Shown: positions 1 through 10,754, counted from the stretch's first letter. The stretch is 64,000 nt of DNA from Candidatus Multivoradales bacterium (GCA_965248925.1 CBDFLE010000006.1:2368001-2432000); one strand, 5' to 3'. Numbers and translations: made by a program. The notes: generated by a model from the letters alone, not told the origin.

Positions 1-882
1 GCTCGCCACTTGGGCGAAGACTGGCAGGACATGCTTCTCGGCCCCGAAGGCTGGGAGCAGGTGATGGCGATCCCCGATAGTGAAGTCTGGGAAGCACATC
101 TGGCACAGAAAGAACGCCTTGGCCGCTTCACCCGCGCCCGGCTGCGCGATCACCTGGCCCGACATGGTAGCTCGCCTGACGAGCTGCGCGAGGTCGACGC
201 CCTGTTCGATCCGGCGGCCCTGACCGTCGGCTTCGCCCGCCGTTTCGCTACCTACAAGCGGGCCAACCTGGTGTTCAGCGACCTGCACCGCCTGCGCAAC
301 CTGCTCTCGGACCAAGACCGGCCGATGCAGATCCTCTTCGCCGGCAAAGCCCATCCCGCCGACCAACCGGGCCAGGAGCTGATCCAGCACATCTTCCAGC
401 TCAGCCGCAGCGAGAGCTTGGCGGGCAAGGTCTTCTTTCTCGAAAACTACGACATGCTGCTCGGTCGTCGCCTGGTGCAGGGAGTCGACATCTGGCTCAA
501 CACACCTCGCCGACCGCTAGAAGCCAGCGGCACCAGCGGCCAAAAAGCCGCCGCCAACGGAGCCCTCAACCTGAGTATTCCCGACGGTTGGTGGCCCGAG
601 GGTTACAACGGCACTAACGGCTGGGTGATCGGCCACGAAGAAGCCTACGACGACCAAGACCACCAAGATCGCGAAGACGCCCAATCTCTCTATGAGACCC
701 TCGAATCGGTCGCCCTACCGCTCTACTACCAGCGCCAAGACGACCTCCCCCGGCAGTGGATCCAGCGGATGAAAGACTCCATCGCCACCCTGACTTGGAA
801 ATTCTCCGCCAGCCGCATGGTCCACGACTACACCGTCGAAGCCTACCTCCCCGCCGCCCGCCGGGGCAGCGAGGAAGGCTGA
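1..882 (+). CDS. glgP: alpha-glucan (glycogen) phosphorylase, C-terminal part (runs off window start)
   Basis: Motifs GFARRFATYKRA, FAGKAHPAD and DIWLNTPRRPLEASGTSGQK (PLP lysine region), then DGWWPE. Confidence 0.93.
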   Translation, partial: ARHLGEDWQDMLLGPEGWEQVMAIPDSEVWEAHLAQKERLGRFTRARLRDHLARHGSSPDELREVDALFDPAALTVGFARRFATYKRANLVFSDLHRLRNLLSDQDRPMQILFAGKAHPADQPGQELIQHIFQLSRSESLAGKVFFLENYDMLLGRRLVQGVDIWLNTPRRPLEASGTSGQKAAANGALNLSIPDGWWPEGYNGTNGWVIGHEEAYDDQDHQDREDAQSLYETLESVALPLYYQRQDDLPRQWIQRMKDSIATLTWKFSASRMVHDYTVEAYLPAARRGSEEG

Positions 883-1056
883 CGCTAGGATTCCTGATCT
901 GCCTGCCTGGCTCTCTGAAGGGCGGCTAATTTCAGAGCTGGTCGCTACCGTACACATGGTACGGGGAGGTTAGCGTGCCTGGCGTGTGGCCAGAGCCAGG
1001 CTGTTTCAGACTCTGGGCAGTTGCCCCGAATCTGACGCTACCGGAGGTTTGTAGGC

Positions 1057-1518
1057 GTGATGAGTAGTGAATTGATACTAGCCATTGTCGTTAGCTTGGC
1101 AACCACCCTCATTGGCACAGCGACAGTGTGTATTGCCTGGCAGCAGTGGCAGACCCATCGGCGCAAGGTCGCAATGGACTTGTTCGATCGAAGATTCAAG
1201 GTCTATTCGAAGGTCGAAGCTTTCATTTTCGAGGTTCTCGGGGGTGTGCACCCGTCTTTTGAAGAATCGATATACAAATTCATGATCTCAACCAAATCTG
1301 CGCTATTCCTGTTCGGCCCTGAGATCCCAGAATTTATCGAGGAGATTCGAGTTCGTGCTATCGAGCTTCTAGACCTGAAGAAGAAGCTCGATAGCAACGC
1401 CTTCCAAACGGATCAAGAGGTGCTGTTAAGGCGACAACTCGCTGTGAAGGAGTGGTTCCAGGAGCAAATCGACATTGCCTGTCGATTCAAGAAGTATCTG
1501 GATCTCAGCAAGATCTAG
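1057..1518 (+). CDS. hypothetical protein with N-terminal transmembrane helix
   Basis: 153-aa ORF, GGAGG RBS upstream, hydrophobic N-terminus followed by IAWQQW..DLFDRRF; visibly AT-richer than flanks. Confidence 0.65.
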   Translation: MMSSELILAIVVSLATTLIGTATVCIAWQQWQTHRRKVAMDLFDRRFKVYSKVEAFIFEVLGGVHPSFEESIYKFMISTKSALFLFGPEIPEFIEEIRVRAIELLDLKKKLDSNAFQTDQEVLLRRQLAVKEWFQEQIDIACRFKKYLDLSKI

Positions 1519-1675
1519 CGTCGATCAACAGACGTTGGGTCGGCCCATCGCCCTCGTCTTGGATCTCACGATGGCAATTACCCTGGCGCCGTGACCTATG
1601 TCAAACGGCCAGGACGGCGCAATGGCAGCAGGCAGACAATGAGGAGAGATCGGGGAGCGCACGGCGTGGCAGCCG

Positions 1676-2193
1676 CTACTCATCCTCCTGCGTCGCCGCG
1701 AAACCGATCGGGTGCTTCTGCGGTGGTTCAGCTGGAGCCAGCAACGCCTTGACATGCGCGAATAACGTGTCAATCTCCTGATCATGCTGGGCCACTTTGC
1801 GCGCCAGTTCTTCGCTGCTCGCCAGAACTTGACGGAGCCGGACGAAGGTACGCATGATCGCTATGTTCACCTCGGCGGCACGCGCACTGCGCAGAACCGA
1901 GGAGAGCATGGCTACACCCTGCTCAGTGAAGACTCGGGGAGCATAGCGACGGCCTCCACTTCCTTGGTTTGAGGTCACAGTTCGTGACCTCAAACCCTCG
2001 AACTCTCTCTTCGAGAGCCGAAACACGAAGTCATCCGGGAAGCGGGCCTTATTCCTCGTCACTGCCTGGTTCAGCGCCTTCGTGGGCACCCATACAGCGC
2101 AGCCAGATCGGAGTCGAGCATCACCTTCTCGCCGCGGATCAGAAAGACCTGGGCAGCGATGCGCTCGATCGGTACTAGGGAAGTCTTCGGCAT
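1676..2193 (-). pseudogene. ORF6N-domain DNA-binding protein, frameshifted near 2090
   Basis: N-terminus MPKTSLVPIERI..IRGEKVMLDSDLAALYG in one frame continues as (V)PTKALNQAVTRNKARFPDDFVF..FTEQGVAMLSSVL in another; one G missing in GGG-GTG (could be a sequencing indel). Confidence 0.85.
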
Positions 2194-2515
2194 CCGGCGA
2201 TGGTGCCCATGGGATCGTCCAGTGTCAAGCACCAATGGGCTGCTACTAGGACGATGAACAAATGGCAGGGAGTGAGAACGAAGAAAGGGCAAGCCGGCGG
2301 TCACCATGTGCCCATGGGGAGTGGTGCCCGAATAGGGTGCCACCCGCTTCGGGAAACAGAAATGGAGTGCCGCCTAACTCCCGGTCACCCACCGCGGCAA
2401 CTTGCCGGCCCGATCCCAGCTGGTAAGCCGACGCCGGCCGCCCACCGCCGAGATGCTATAAATAGCCCTTCGACCGTCGTCGAACCGCCATCGAGAAGAG
2501 AGAGGGGCGGAGCGT

Positions 2516-3946
2516 GTGCCTGAGTCCCATCGGGAGCCGAGCTTGTACCAGAAACCGAAGAAACGTCACCTCGGCGCTAGAGTGCCGTGGTTGGTAGCCC
2601 TGGCGGCGATTGTGCTGCTGGCCTTGAACCTGCTACGGGTGGGGGTAGCGCCGGAACTCACCCTGGAACCCGAGCTGCCCGGCATTGGCCCACGCACCGC
2701 GGTGAAGATTACCGCTCGAGCTCCGGGTCGCGGCCTGGGCCGTATCGAAGTCTATGCCGAGCAAGGATCGCGACGCGAGCTACTGCTGGAGCGCGATTAC
2801 CAGCCGCGACCCTTTTGGGCCTTTTGGGGTCCTCGAATCACCACTGAAGAAATCGACTTGGAGGTCGGCCACGAAACCTTGGAAGGGCTCGAAGAAGGGC
2901 AGCTGTCTCTACGGGTTAGCGCCGCGCGTGCCCCCACCTGGCTGCGCCGGCCAGCCGCGGCCGAGCTCACTCGGGAGCTGCCGGTACGACTTCGACCGCC
3001 GACCCTGGAGATCCTCTCGCGACCGGTGAGAATAGAGCAAGGGGGCGCTTCGGTGGTGGTCTACCGCCGCGGTGAGGGCACGGTGCGCGACGGAGTCGAG
3101 AATGGTGAGTGGTTTTTTCCCGGCTTCGCTCTACCCGGCGGCGCCAAAGGCGAGCGCTTCGCCTTGTTTGGCGCCCCCCACGACCAGCCGACCAGCGACG
3201 GCATGCGTCTGGTGGCCGCCGATGCGCTGGGAAATGTGGCCGCTCGCGGCTTCATCGACAACTACAAGAGGAAGCCCCAGCGCTACGACACCATCGCCCT
3301 ATCGCAGAAATTCATGGAACGGGTGGTGCCGGTAATTCAGGACCAAACCCCGAGCCTCGACCGCAAGGGCGATCTGCTGCAGCAGTACTTGCGGATCAAC
3401 CGCGAACTACGCCGCGGCAACGCCGCCGAGTTGCATCGACTGGCAAGCAGCTCCCGCGCCGAGCTGCTGTGGACCCGGCCTTTTATGCAGATGCCTTCAG
3501 CCCGCGCCATGGCCTCGTTCGCCGATCGGCGGACCTACACTTACCAGGGCAAGAATGTCGATCAGCAGGACCATCTGGGCTACGACCTCGCCTCGGTGCG
3601 GCGCGCCCCGGTACCGGCTGCCAACGACGGCGTGGTAGCCCTGGCGCGTTATTTCGGCATTTACGGCAACACGGTAGTGATCGATCACGGCTTCGGCCTG
3701 ATGAGCCTCTACTCGCACCTCTCGGAGATCGCGGTCGAGGAAGGGCAGCTTATGGTGCGTGGAGAAACCCTCGGCCGGACCGGCCAGACCGGCCTAGCTG
3801 GCGGTGACCATCTGCATTTCTCGATGCTGCTACACGGACTCCAGGTCAATCCTCTCGAATGGTGGGATGGCCACTGGATCCGCGACCGGATCGCCGCCCC
3901 CTTGGGTCCGGCGCTGAATTTTGACACTCCGGATCGCAACCGATGA
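2516..3946 (+). CDS. M23 family metallopeptidase, membrane-anchored
   Basis: HLGYD and HLHF zinc motifs, YGNTVVIDHG, N-terminal TM segment. Confidence 0.9.
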   Translation: MPESHREPSLYQKPKKRHLGARVPWLVALAAIVLLALNLLRVGVAPELTLEPELPGIGPRTAVKITARAPGRGLGRIEVYAEQGSRRELLLERDYQPRPFWAFWGPRITTEEIDLEVGHETLEGLEEGQLSLRVSAARAPTWLRRPAAAELTRELPVRLRPPTLEILSRPVRIEQGGASVVVYRRGEGTVRDGVENGEWFFPGFALPGGAKGERFALFGAPHDQPTSDGMRLVAADALGNVAARGFIDNYKRKPQRYDTIALSQKFMERVVPVIQDQTPSLDRKGDLLQQYLRINRELRRGNAAELHRLASSSRAELLWTRPFMQMPSARAMASFADRRTYTYQGKNVDQQDHLGYDLASVRRAPVPAANDGVVALARYFGIYGNTVVIDHGFGLMSLYSHLSEIAVEEGQLMVRGETLGRTGQTGLAGGDHLHFSMLLHGLQVNPLEWWDGHWIRDRIAAPLGPALNFDTPDRNR

Positions 3947-5472
3947 GCCATCAGCCGTCTGCGACCACTTCCCAGGCTTTGCTTGCCTGGGAAGTGGTCG
4001 CCATCGCCGTTGCCGTCCTGCTGGTTCTGCTGCCGATGTGCTCCAGCTTCTTGCGAGGAAGCGAGGAACACGCCGCCGAAACGCAGGCCGAGGCCAGCGA
4101 CACCAGCAAACATCATCCAGACTCTGCTTTACAACCCAACGCTGCGCTACCACCCGGCTGGTGGGTGGGCACTCTGCCTTTCATCGCCATCCTTCTGTGC
4201 ATTGCTTTACTGCCGTTATTTTCCTTCTCGCACATCTGGTGGGAGGAGAACACCCATCGTCTGGTGGTGTCTCTAGTCTGCGGACTCTGTACTCTGGCCT
4301 ACTATCTGGTGGTGCGCGGCCCAGGCGGCGTGATGCCGGTGCTGGAACACGCCATCGTCGCCGAGTACGTGCCGTTTATCGTCCTGCTCTTTTCTCTCTA
4401 CGTAATCAGCGGTGGTATCTCGCTGAGCGGCGATCTTGCCGCCCACCCCTCCACCAACACCGCTTTTCTGGCGATCGGCGCCGCCCTGGCCAGCTTTATC
4501 GGCACCACCGGCGCCAGCATGCTGTTGATCCGGCCGCTGCTGCAAACCAATTCGGAACGCCGCCACCGCGTGCATACGGTGGTGTTCTTCATCTTCCTGG
4601 TCAGCAACATCGGCGGCACCCTACTGCCGGTGGGCGACCCGCCCTTATTTCTGGGCTACCTCAAAGGGGTGGACTTCTTCTGGACCCTGGGGCTATGGCG
4701 AGAGTGGCTGGTCTGTTGCGGGGTACTGTTGGTGGTCTACTTCTGCCTCGACAGCTACTGGTACCGGCGCGAGACCGCACGGGACATTCGCCTCGACGAG
4801 CAGCAACAGATTCCCTTGAAGTTCTCCGGCATGATCAACCTGCTGTGGTTGGCCGGCGTGGTTTTGGCAGTGGCTTTCGTGGTGCCCGGAAAGAAGCTGC
4901 CAGGGTTGCAATTCGAGGCATTCGTCTACTTGCGCGAGCTGTTGATGCTCGCTTTCGTCGGTCTTTCCTTGCTGAGCACCCCGCGGGGCGTGCGCGAGCG
5001 CAATCGCTTCAACTATGCCGCGATCCTCGAAGTAGCGGCCCTCTTCCTGGGTATCTTCATCTGCATGCAGGTGCCGGTAGAGGTGTTGCGTGGTGCCGGT
5101 GCTTCCCTGGGGCTCACCCAGGACTGGCAGTACTTCTGGGCCACCGGTGGGCTGTCGGCGGTGCTGGACAACGCCCCCACCTACGTGGTCTTCTTCGAGA
5201 CGGCCAATGCCCTGACTACCCATTCCGGGCCAAATATCGTTGAACTCGGCAACGGTGGCGGTTTCATCCGCGCCGACCTGCTGACCGGCGTCAGCCTGGG
5301 GGCGGTGTTCATGGGGGCGATGACCTACATCGGCAACGGCCCCAACTTCATGGTCAAGGCCATCGCCGAACAATCCGGGGTCCGCATGCCCAGCTTTCCT
5401 GGCTATTTTTTCAAGTACAGTCTGCCCATTCTGGTACCGCTCTTCGCCATAGTGGTCTATCTGGTCTGGTGA
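3943..5472 (+). CDS. sodium:proton antiporter (IT superfamily, NhaD/ArsB-like)
   Basis: Polytopic membrane protein with GTTGASM, SNIGG..GDPPL, LDNAPTY and YIGNGPN motifs; ATGA overlap with upstream gene. Confidence 0.85.
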   Translation: MSHQPSATTSQALLAWEVVAIAVAVLLVLLPMCSSFLRGSEEHAAETQAEASDTSKHHPDSALQPNAALPPGWWVGTLPFIAILLCIALLPLFSFSHIWWEENTHRLVVSLVCGLCTLAYYLVVRGPGGVMPVLEHAIVAEYVPFIVLLFSLYVISGGISLSGDLAAHPSTNTAFLAIGAALASFIGTTGASMLLIRPLLQTNSERRHRVHTVVFFIFLVSNIGGTLLPVGDPPLFLGYLKGVDFFWTLGLWREWLVCCGVLLVVYFCLDSYWYRRETARDIRLDEQQQIPLKFSGMINLLWLAGVVLAVAFVVPGKKLPGLQFEAFVYLRELLMLAFVGLSLLSTPRGVRERNRFNYAAILEVAALFLGIFICMQVPVEVLRGAGASLGLTQDWQYFWATGGLSAVLDNAPTYVVFFETANALTTHSGPNIVELGNGGGFIRADLLTGVSLGAVFMGAMTYIGNGPNFMVKAIAEQSGVRMPSFPGYFFKYSLPILVPLFAIVVYLVW

Positions 5473-5501
5473 TTTCAATACTCTCCCAACGGATTATCGT
5501 C

Positions 5502-6329
5502 ATGCTCAAACGAATCCTGGTCGCTCTCGGCGGCACCCCCTACTCGCGCACCGCGATGCGCCGCGCAGTCGAGTTGGCCCAGAGTCACCACGCTACTGTC
5601 ACTTGCGTCACGGTCATCGACCAGGCGCGGATCGAGAAGGTCGGCAGCGTCCCGGCGGGCGGCGCCGCGGCAGCCAAAGAGCTGCGACTGCATCGCCGTC
5701 AGCGGGTCGAAGCGTCGATCGAGCAAGAGTTGGAACGCGCGGCTGAACTCTGCCAGCAAGCAAATATCGAATATCGCGAGGTGCGCGAGACCGGCAACAC
5801 CTTCAACGAGATGCGCTGCCTGTGGCGCTACCATGACCTAACCCTGATCGGTTTGCGCGGCCTATTCGACTATGGCGTGGTCAGCAACCCAGACGACGCG
5901 GTAGTCGAGTTGATAGCCAAAGGGGTGCGGCCGATTTTGGCGGTGGCCGAGAACTACCGCCCAGTGCATCGCGTCCTGGTGGCCTACAACGGCAGTATCG
6001 CATCCGCCCAGGCGATGAAGAGTTTCGTCCAAAAACGCCTTTGGCCCGACATCGAACTGCGCATCGTGGCTTTCCGCGGCGCGCGCAAGGAAGCCCCCCA
6101 GTTACTTGCCGACGCCGCCGCCTACTGCCGCGATCATGGTTACCACGTAGAAACCGACGTCATCGACCGCTCCGCCCGCGAGCACTTGGCAACCTACGCC
6201 GCCGGCTGGGACACCGACCTGATCGTAATGGGCTCCACCAGCCGCGCCCGCCTGTTCAAGCAAGTCCTCGGCGACACTGCCCTACGCATGCTACAAACTG
6301 CTGAGATCCCGCTCTTCCTGGCCCAGTGA
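5502..6329 (+). CDS. universal stress protein, two USP domains
   Basis: KRILVA.. and RVLVAYNGS..DLIVMG..LGDTA motifs. Confidence 0.88.
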   Translation: MLKRILVALGGTPYSRTAMRRAVELAQSHHATVTCVTVIDQARIEKVGSVPAGGAAAAKELRLHRRQRVEASIEQELERAAELCQQANIEYREVRETGNTFNEMRCLWRYHDLTLIGLRGLFDYGVVSNPDDAVVELIAKGVRPILAVAENYRPVHRVLVAYNGSIASAQAMKSFVQKRLWPDIELRIVAFRGARKEAPQLLADAAAYCRDHGYHVETDVIDRSAREHLATYAAGWDTDLIVMGSTSRARLFKQVLGDTALRMLQTAEIPLFLAQ

Positions 6330-6423
6330 AGGTGAACCGACTCGAAGACTTGGTGCACGCCGAAAACGGCCGCGCTGAGGAGACTGAGCGCCTACTGTGC
6401 GATTGGCCCCTCTGACCGGCCGC

Positions 6424-7542
6424 TTATTGATCGATCGAGATCAACTCGACCTCGGCCTCATGCGGTTGCTCGCCGAGCAACATCGACAAGCGCACTCGAG
6501 TTCCGATCCCGGCCTTCTCGAAGGCGTAAATCAGGTCGTCTACGGTGTTGACCGGCTGGTCGTTGATGGCGACGATCTGATCGAAACTGCGGACGTAACC
6601 ACGGCGGCTGAGACGCAGTCCCTGCAAGCCCGCCGCGGCGGCCGGACTGCCCCGGTTGACCTCTTGAATCACCACCCCTTTGGCCCGCAACCGTCGTGCG
6701 GTAGCGTCTGGCAAGGCGATGAATCCAATGCCTGCCCCCACCGGCCGGCCTCGCTCGATGAGCTGCGGCACCAGCCGCTTGATGGTGTCCACCGGCACCG
6801 TGAAGCTGATCCCCGCCGACGCCCCGCTGGGGCTGTAAATCGCCGTATTGACGCCGATCAGGCGTCCCATGGAATCGAGCAAAGGGCCGCCTGAATTACC
6901 CGGATTGATCGCCGCGTCGGTTTGGATAACATCGCGGATCAGGCGGCCGCCGGGCGAACGCAGCTCGCGGCCGAGAGCGCTCACCACGCCGATGGTGAGA
7001 CTCTGATCGAGGCCAAATGGATTGCCAATCGCCAACACCCGCTGACCCACCAGCAAGGCGGACGAGGAGCCGATCTGCACCGGTCGTAAATGCTCCGCCG
7101 GCGCCTCGATGCGCAGCACCGCCAGATCTTTGTTGGGGGCTACCCCGACCAATTTGGCGTCCCATTCACTTTGGTCGGCCAAGATCACCGAAACCCGGTC
7201 AGCCTGACCGATCACATGGTAGTTGGTGACGATGTGTCCGGCAGTGTCCCAGACGAATCCGCTGCCGCTGCCGCGCGGGATCTCGAAGACGTTGAGTGAG
7301 AACCTGTCACGCCGCAAGGAGCTGGTGGTGATGTAGACCACGGAAGGTGCCACCTCACTGAAAACCTCGATGTCGCGACGCTCGCCAGCGCTCAAGTCGG
7401 TGGGCAGAGAGGCCTCGCCGGCATGGGCCGTTTGCTGGCTGATCGCCTCGCCATCTCCCCAGCCCAACAGCAACAAGGCACTCAACGACCCGGCTAAGAA
7501 AACCAGGGCCACTAGGATCAGGTTCGATAGCCTGCTCATCAA
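6424..7542 (-). CDS. HtrA/DegP-like trypsin serine protease with one PDZ domain
   Basis: TNYHV, DLAVL and GNSGGPL catalytic-triad motifs, N-terminal TM segment, C-terminal PDZ. Confidence 0.92.
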   Translation of the reverse strand: MMSRLSNLILVALVFLAGSLSALLLLGWGDGEAISQQTAHAGEASLPTDLSAGERRDIEVFSEVAPSVVYITTSSLRRDRFSLNVFEIPRGSGSGFVWDTAGHIVTNYHVIGQADRVSVILADQSEWDAKLVGVAPNKDLAVLRIEAPAEHLRPVQIGSSSALLVGQRVLAIGNPFGLDQSLTIGVVSALGRELRSPGGRLIRDVIQTDAAINPGNSGGPLLDSMGRLIGVNTAIYSPSGASAGISFTVPVDTIKRLVPQLIERGRPVGAGIGFIALPDATARRLRAKGVVIQEVNRGSPAAAAGLQGLRLSRRGYVRSFDQIVAINDQPVNTVDDLIYAFEKAGIGTRVRLSMLLGEQPHEAEVELISIDQ

Positions 7543-7558
7543 AAGATGCTCCTCAAGA

Positions 7559-10500
7559 TCATTCTGGCAAATGCGACACCGCGCTGCTCAGCTGAGCGAC
7601 CGAGGCGTAGCGATCGGCCGGTTTCTTTGCTAACAAACGGCTGATGACTTCGACCCAGGGCGGCGGCAACTCGGGCCGAAAACCTAGGATGTCGGGCGGC
7701 TCTTCGTGCAGGTGCTTGAGCACCACCGCCGTCGTGCTGTCGCCCAGGAAGGGCTCGCGACCAGCGACCAGGGTGTAAGCGATCACCCCGAGAGCGTAGA
7801 GGTCGCTTGAACCACTGAGCGGGAGTCCTTGGATCTGCTCGGGAGACATGTACATCGGTGAGCCGACCACCTGGCCGGTACGGGTGAGGTTGGAGGGCCC
7901 CTCGCCCATCCGCGCGATTCCGAAATCCATCACTTTGGCACGGCCGTGGTGCAGAATCACGTTGCCGGGCTTGAGATCGCGATGCACCACTTCTAGTCGG
8001 TGGGCCTCGCCTAGAGCAGCACTAATCTCCAGCAAGAGGGCTTTGATGCGCCCCAAAGGCAGTGGCGCTTCGTCGCGTATCACCTGGTCCAGGCCGGGAC
8101 CGGCCAGCAGCTCCATGATGACGAACACACCGCCGGGAAAACGGCCGAAATCGTGGACTCGCACGAGGTTGGGGTGAGACAACTTGCGGCAGATTTGAAC
8201 TTCTCGCAGCAAGCGATCTTCGTCCGCTGAGCGACCGAAGGCCGGCGACAAGACGGTCTTGATCGCCACTTCTTCGTCGAGTTCACGATCGCGGGCTCGG
8301 TAGACCCGGCTCATGCCACCGCGACCGAGTTCACCGACAATCTCGTAACGGTCGGCCAGCACCTGGCCGGGCACCAAACCCACCGAGGACAACTCGGCCT
8401 TGAGCTGCTCGGCCGACGGGCGGCGCAGCGGATCGCCGGCCAGGCATTGGATCAGCACCCGGCGCAGGGCCGCGGGCGCCAGCTCTTCGACCTGCGGTGG
8501 CCAGCCCACCGTCTTGGGATCGAGCCGCTTCATCTCCAACCAACCAGCCGGCAGCTGGGCACGCAGCAACTCGGCACCGAGCAGCCCGAGGCTGAACATA
8601 TCGGTCGCCGGCCCGGCGGGAGCCTGATCTCGGGCCTCGGGCGCCAGGTAAGCCTGACCCGTGGTGTCGCGCGCGGAGAAAATCTCGGCCAAGCCAAAAC
8701 CCACTAATTTGCCGCGGCTGGCACTGTTGATCAAGATGGTGTTGGGCGACAGCCAATTGTGGGTTACCCCCATCCTGTGCGCTGCCGACAGTCCGTCTGA
8801 AAGCTGCACCAGCAGATTCAGCGCCGCCACTGGCGACAGCTTGCGGGTCGCCAGCACCCGGCTCAATGGCTTGCCCGGGAAAGGCTCGAAGAGCAGCAAA
8901 ACTCGATCCTCGGTAATCACCGTCTCCTCGAGCTTGAGGATTGTTGGCAATCTTAGCGCGCTGATCCGCGACATCTCCCGGCGGAAAGCGTCACGCTGAC
9001 CGAGGGACAACTCGGCGAGAGCGAAACTCAGCAGATGAATATGCTTCTGAGAACGCTGGTCGAGGGCCTTCGAAACCTCGATGCCGGGCCACCAAGCAGG
9101 CTGGGACTTTTCAATCTCAAAAGGCAAGGAGCCGGTCCCGGCACGCAGGGTGGTGCTCGACATGGAGGCCGTGGACTGCGGCCGGCTCGGCGCCTCATTC
9201 AAAGCCATCAGCTCGACTGCCTGCGCCATCAGCTCGTCCGCCGATACCACCGGTACCTCCAAGGTGTCGCGCAACGAGCCGGTGCGGGTCTCATCGAGCT
9301 GACGTTTAACCGCCTTCAGCCGCCGCGAGACATCGCGGAAACCAGGTTGCATGCGGGCAGCTTTTTCGAGCAGTTCACGGGCCTGTTCCCAATGCTCCTG
9401 GCGATCTTCAATGCGAGCTCGCCAGTAGACGCATTCGATCCGCGGCACGTCAGCGATCGAATCGCTGGCCTCGGCTGCCTCCAGGCGCTCAGCCGCGGCG
9501 GCAGCTTCGTCAGCATGCAGCAGGAGGGGAATCAACAGCACACAGGCTTTGGCGTAGTTGGCACTGTGCGCACCCACACACTCAAGAGCACCGCGGGCCG
9601 ACGGTCGCACACCGGCCTTGAGATAGCGCTCGGCAGCTTTGAGGAAGAACTGCGAATTGGCCAACGAATCGGCCGCGGCTTGGTAGGCATTGCCCGCCTC
9701 TTCATGGTCACCCGCCTGAGTGAAGGCTTCCGCCGCCCCTTCGTGCTGACCGGCCATCGCCAGACAGCGGGCTGCATCGCGGTAGCGCCTGAGCCGCAAG
9801 TAGAGATCGGCGGCGCGGTCGAGCACTTCGGCCCGTTCCCAGATAGCGGCGGCCTTGGCCCACTGCTCGGCGGCTTCGAAAGCTTCTGCAGCTTCCGGCA
9901 GGCTTTCAGCGACAAGCAACAGCTCGCCAGCATCTTGGTAGCGGCCAGAGCGGCGCAGAATCCGCGCGTGCAAGTCCGTGTCAAGGTCTTTGGCGCGCTC
10001 GGCGGCATGCAAGGCTGTCTCGGCTTCGCCGGCTTCGAGAAAAGCCGCGGCCGCTTCTGCAAAACGGCCGGCGCGCTCGAACGCCAGGCCGGCCCGTTTC
10101 GCTAAACCACACTCGCGCAGCAACTCACCGGCTTCGCCGTGGCGACCGAATTTGCGCAGTAGATCAACCCGGTGCAGGTCTAAACGGCGGATTTCGGCCA
10201 CCTGGGCCCGGTCCCTGGCTCCAGTCTTGGCTTTGAGTTCGGTGGATTGGCGCTCCCAGGCGCGCAGCGCTCGCTCCATGTCGCCCGCGCTGGCGAAGCA
10301 CTCGGCAGCCCGACCGTGGATACCCGCCTGCTCGTAAAGACGCCCAGCTCGCAATGGCTGCTGCGCCTGCAGGCAGGCGTCGGCCGCTTGTCGATAAGCG
10401 CCGGCGGTCTCGAAGCTGGTACTGGCCTCGCGGTGTTTGCCTTGGGTCACCAACAGCTCACCGGCTTCGAGATTCATCCCGGCATCGGCAAACACCGCCA

Positions 10501-10672
10501 GGGCCTTGGCGGTTCTTCCCAGTTGTTGGTAGATCTTGGCGCTCTGATGGAAGTGACCGCCCTTGCGATAGAGCTCGGCCGCCTTCTCTAGCTGACCACG
10601 CTGAAAGCACAGGTCCGCGGAGCGCTCGTAATCGCGACCGAACAACGAGCCCAAGATAGATTTAGAGGCCAC
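7559..10672 (-). CDS. Ser/Thr protein kinase with N-terminal TPR-like repeats, a degenerate kinase domain and an intact kinase domain
   Basis: C-terminal GRGGMS, VAIK, HRDLKPGN, DFG, YMSPEQ; preceding domain has HNWLSPNT/VGFG/YLAPE; A-A..Y..AG repeats in N-terminal ~450 aa. Confidence 0.88.
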   Translation of the reverse strand: MASKSILGSLFGRDYERSADLCFQRGQLEKAAELYRKGGHFHQSAKIYQQLGRTAKALAVFADAGMNLEAGELLVTQGKHREASTSFETAGAYRQAADACLQAQQPLRAGRLYEQAGIHGRAAECFASAGDMERALRAWERQSTELKAKTGARDRAQVAEIRRLDLHRVDLLRKFGRHGEAGELLRECGLAKRAGLAFERAGRFAEAAAAFLEAGEAETALHAAERAKDLDTDLHARILRRSGRYQDAGELLLVAESLPEAAEAFEAAEQWAKAAAIWERAEVLDRAADLYLRLRRYRDAARCLAMAGQHEGAAEAFTQAGDHEEAGNAYQAAADSLANSQFFLKAAERYLKAGVRPSARGALECVGAHSANYAKACVLLIPLLLHADEAAAAAERLEAAEASDSIADVPRIECVYWRARIEDRQEHWEQARELLEKAARMQPGFRDVSRRLKAVKRQLDETRTGSLRDTLEVPVVSADELMAQAVELMALNEAPSRPQSTASMSSTTLRAGTGSLPFEIEKSQPAWWPGIEVSKALDQRSQKHIHLLSFALAELSLGQRDAFRREMSRISALRLPTILKLEETVITEDRVLLLFEPFPGKPLSRVLATRKLSPVAALNLLVQLSDGLSAAHRMGVTHNWLSPNTILINSASRGKLVGFGLAEIFSARDTTGQAYLAPEARDQAPAGPATDMFSLGLLGAELLRAQLPAGWLEMKRLDPKTVGWPPQVEELAPAALRRVLIQCLAGDPLRRPSAEQLKAELSSVGLVPGQVLADRYEIVGELGRGGMSRVYRARDRELDEEVAIKTVLSPAFGRSADEDRLLREVQICRKLSHPNLVRVHDFGRFPGGVFVIMELLAGPGLDQVIRDEAPLPLGRIKALLLEISAALGEAHRLEVVHRDLKPGNVILHHGRAKVMDFGIARMGEGPSNLTRTGQVVGSPMYMSPEQIQGLPLSGSSDLYALGVIAYTLVAGREPFLGDSTTAVVLKHLHEEPPDILGFRPELPPPWVEVISRLLAKKPADRYASVAQLSSAVSHLPE

Positions 10673-10754
10673 GGAGTTATTTTACTAGACAATGCAGCCA
10701 CCCTGGGGAAGGTGGCCGCGAGGAAATGACCCAGCAATTTGCAGGCCGCAAGGA

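Noticed and set aside
3921-5243. Long alternate-frame or antisense ORFs (also 9035-10105, 18376-19488, 42954-44114, 50366-51349)
   Set aside because: Arg/Pro-rich shadows of well-supported genes, expected at high GC
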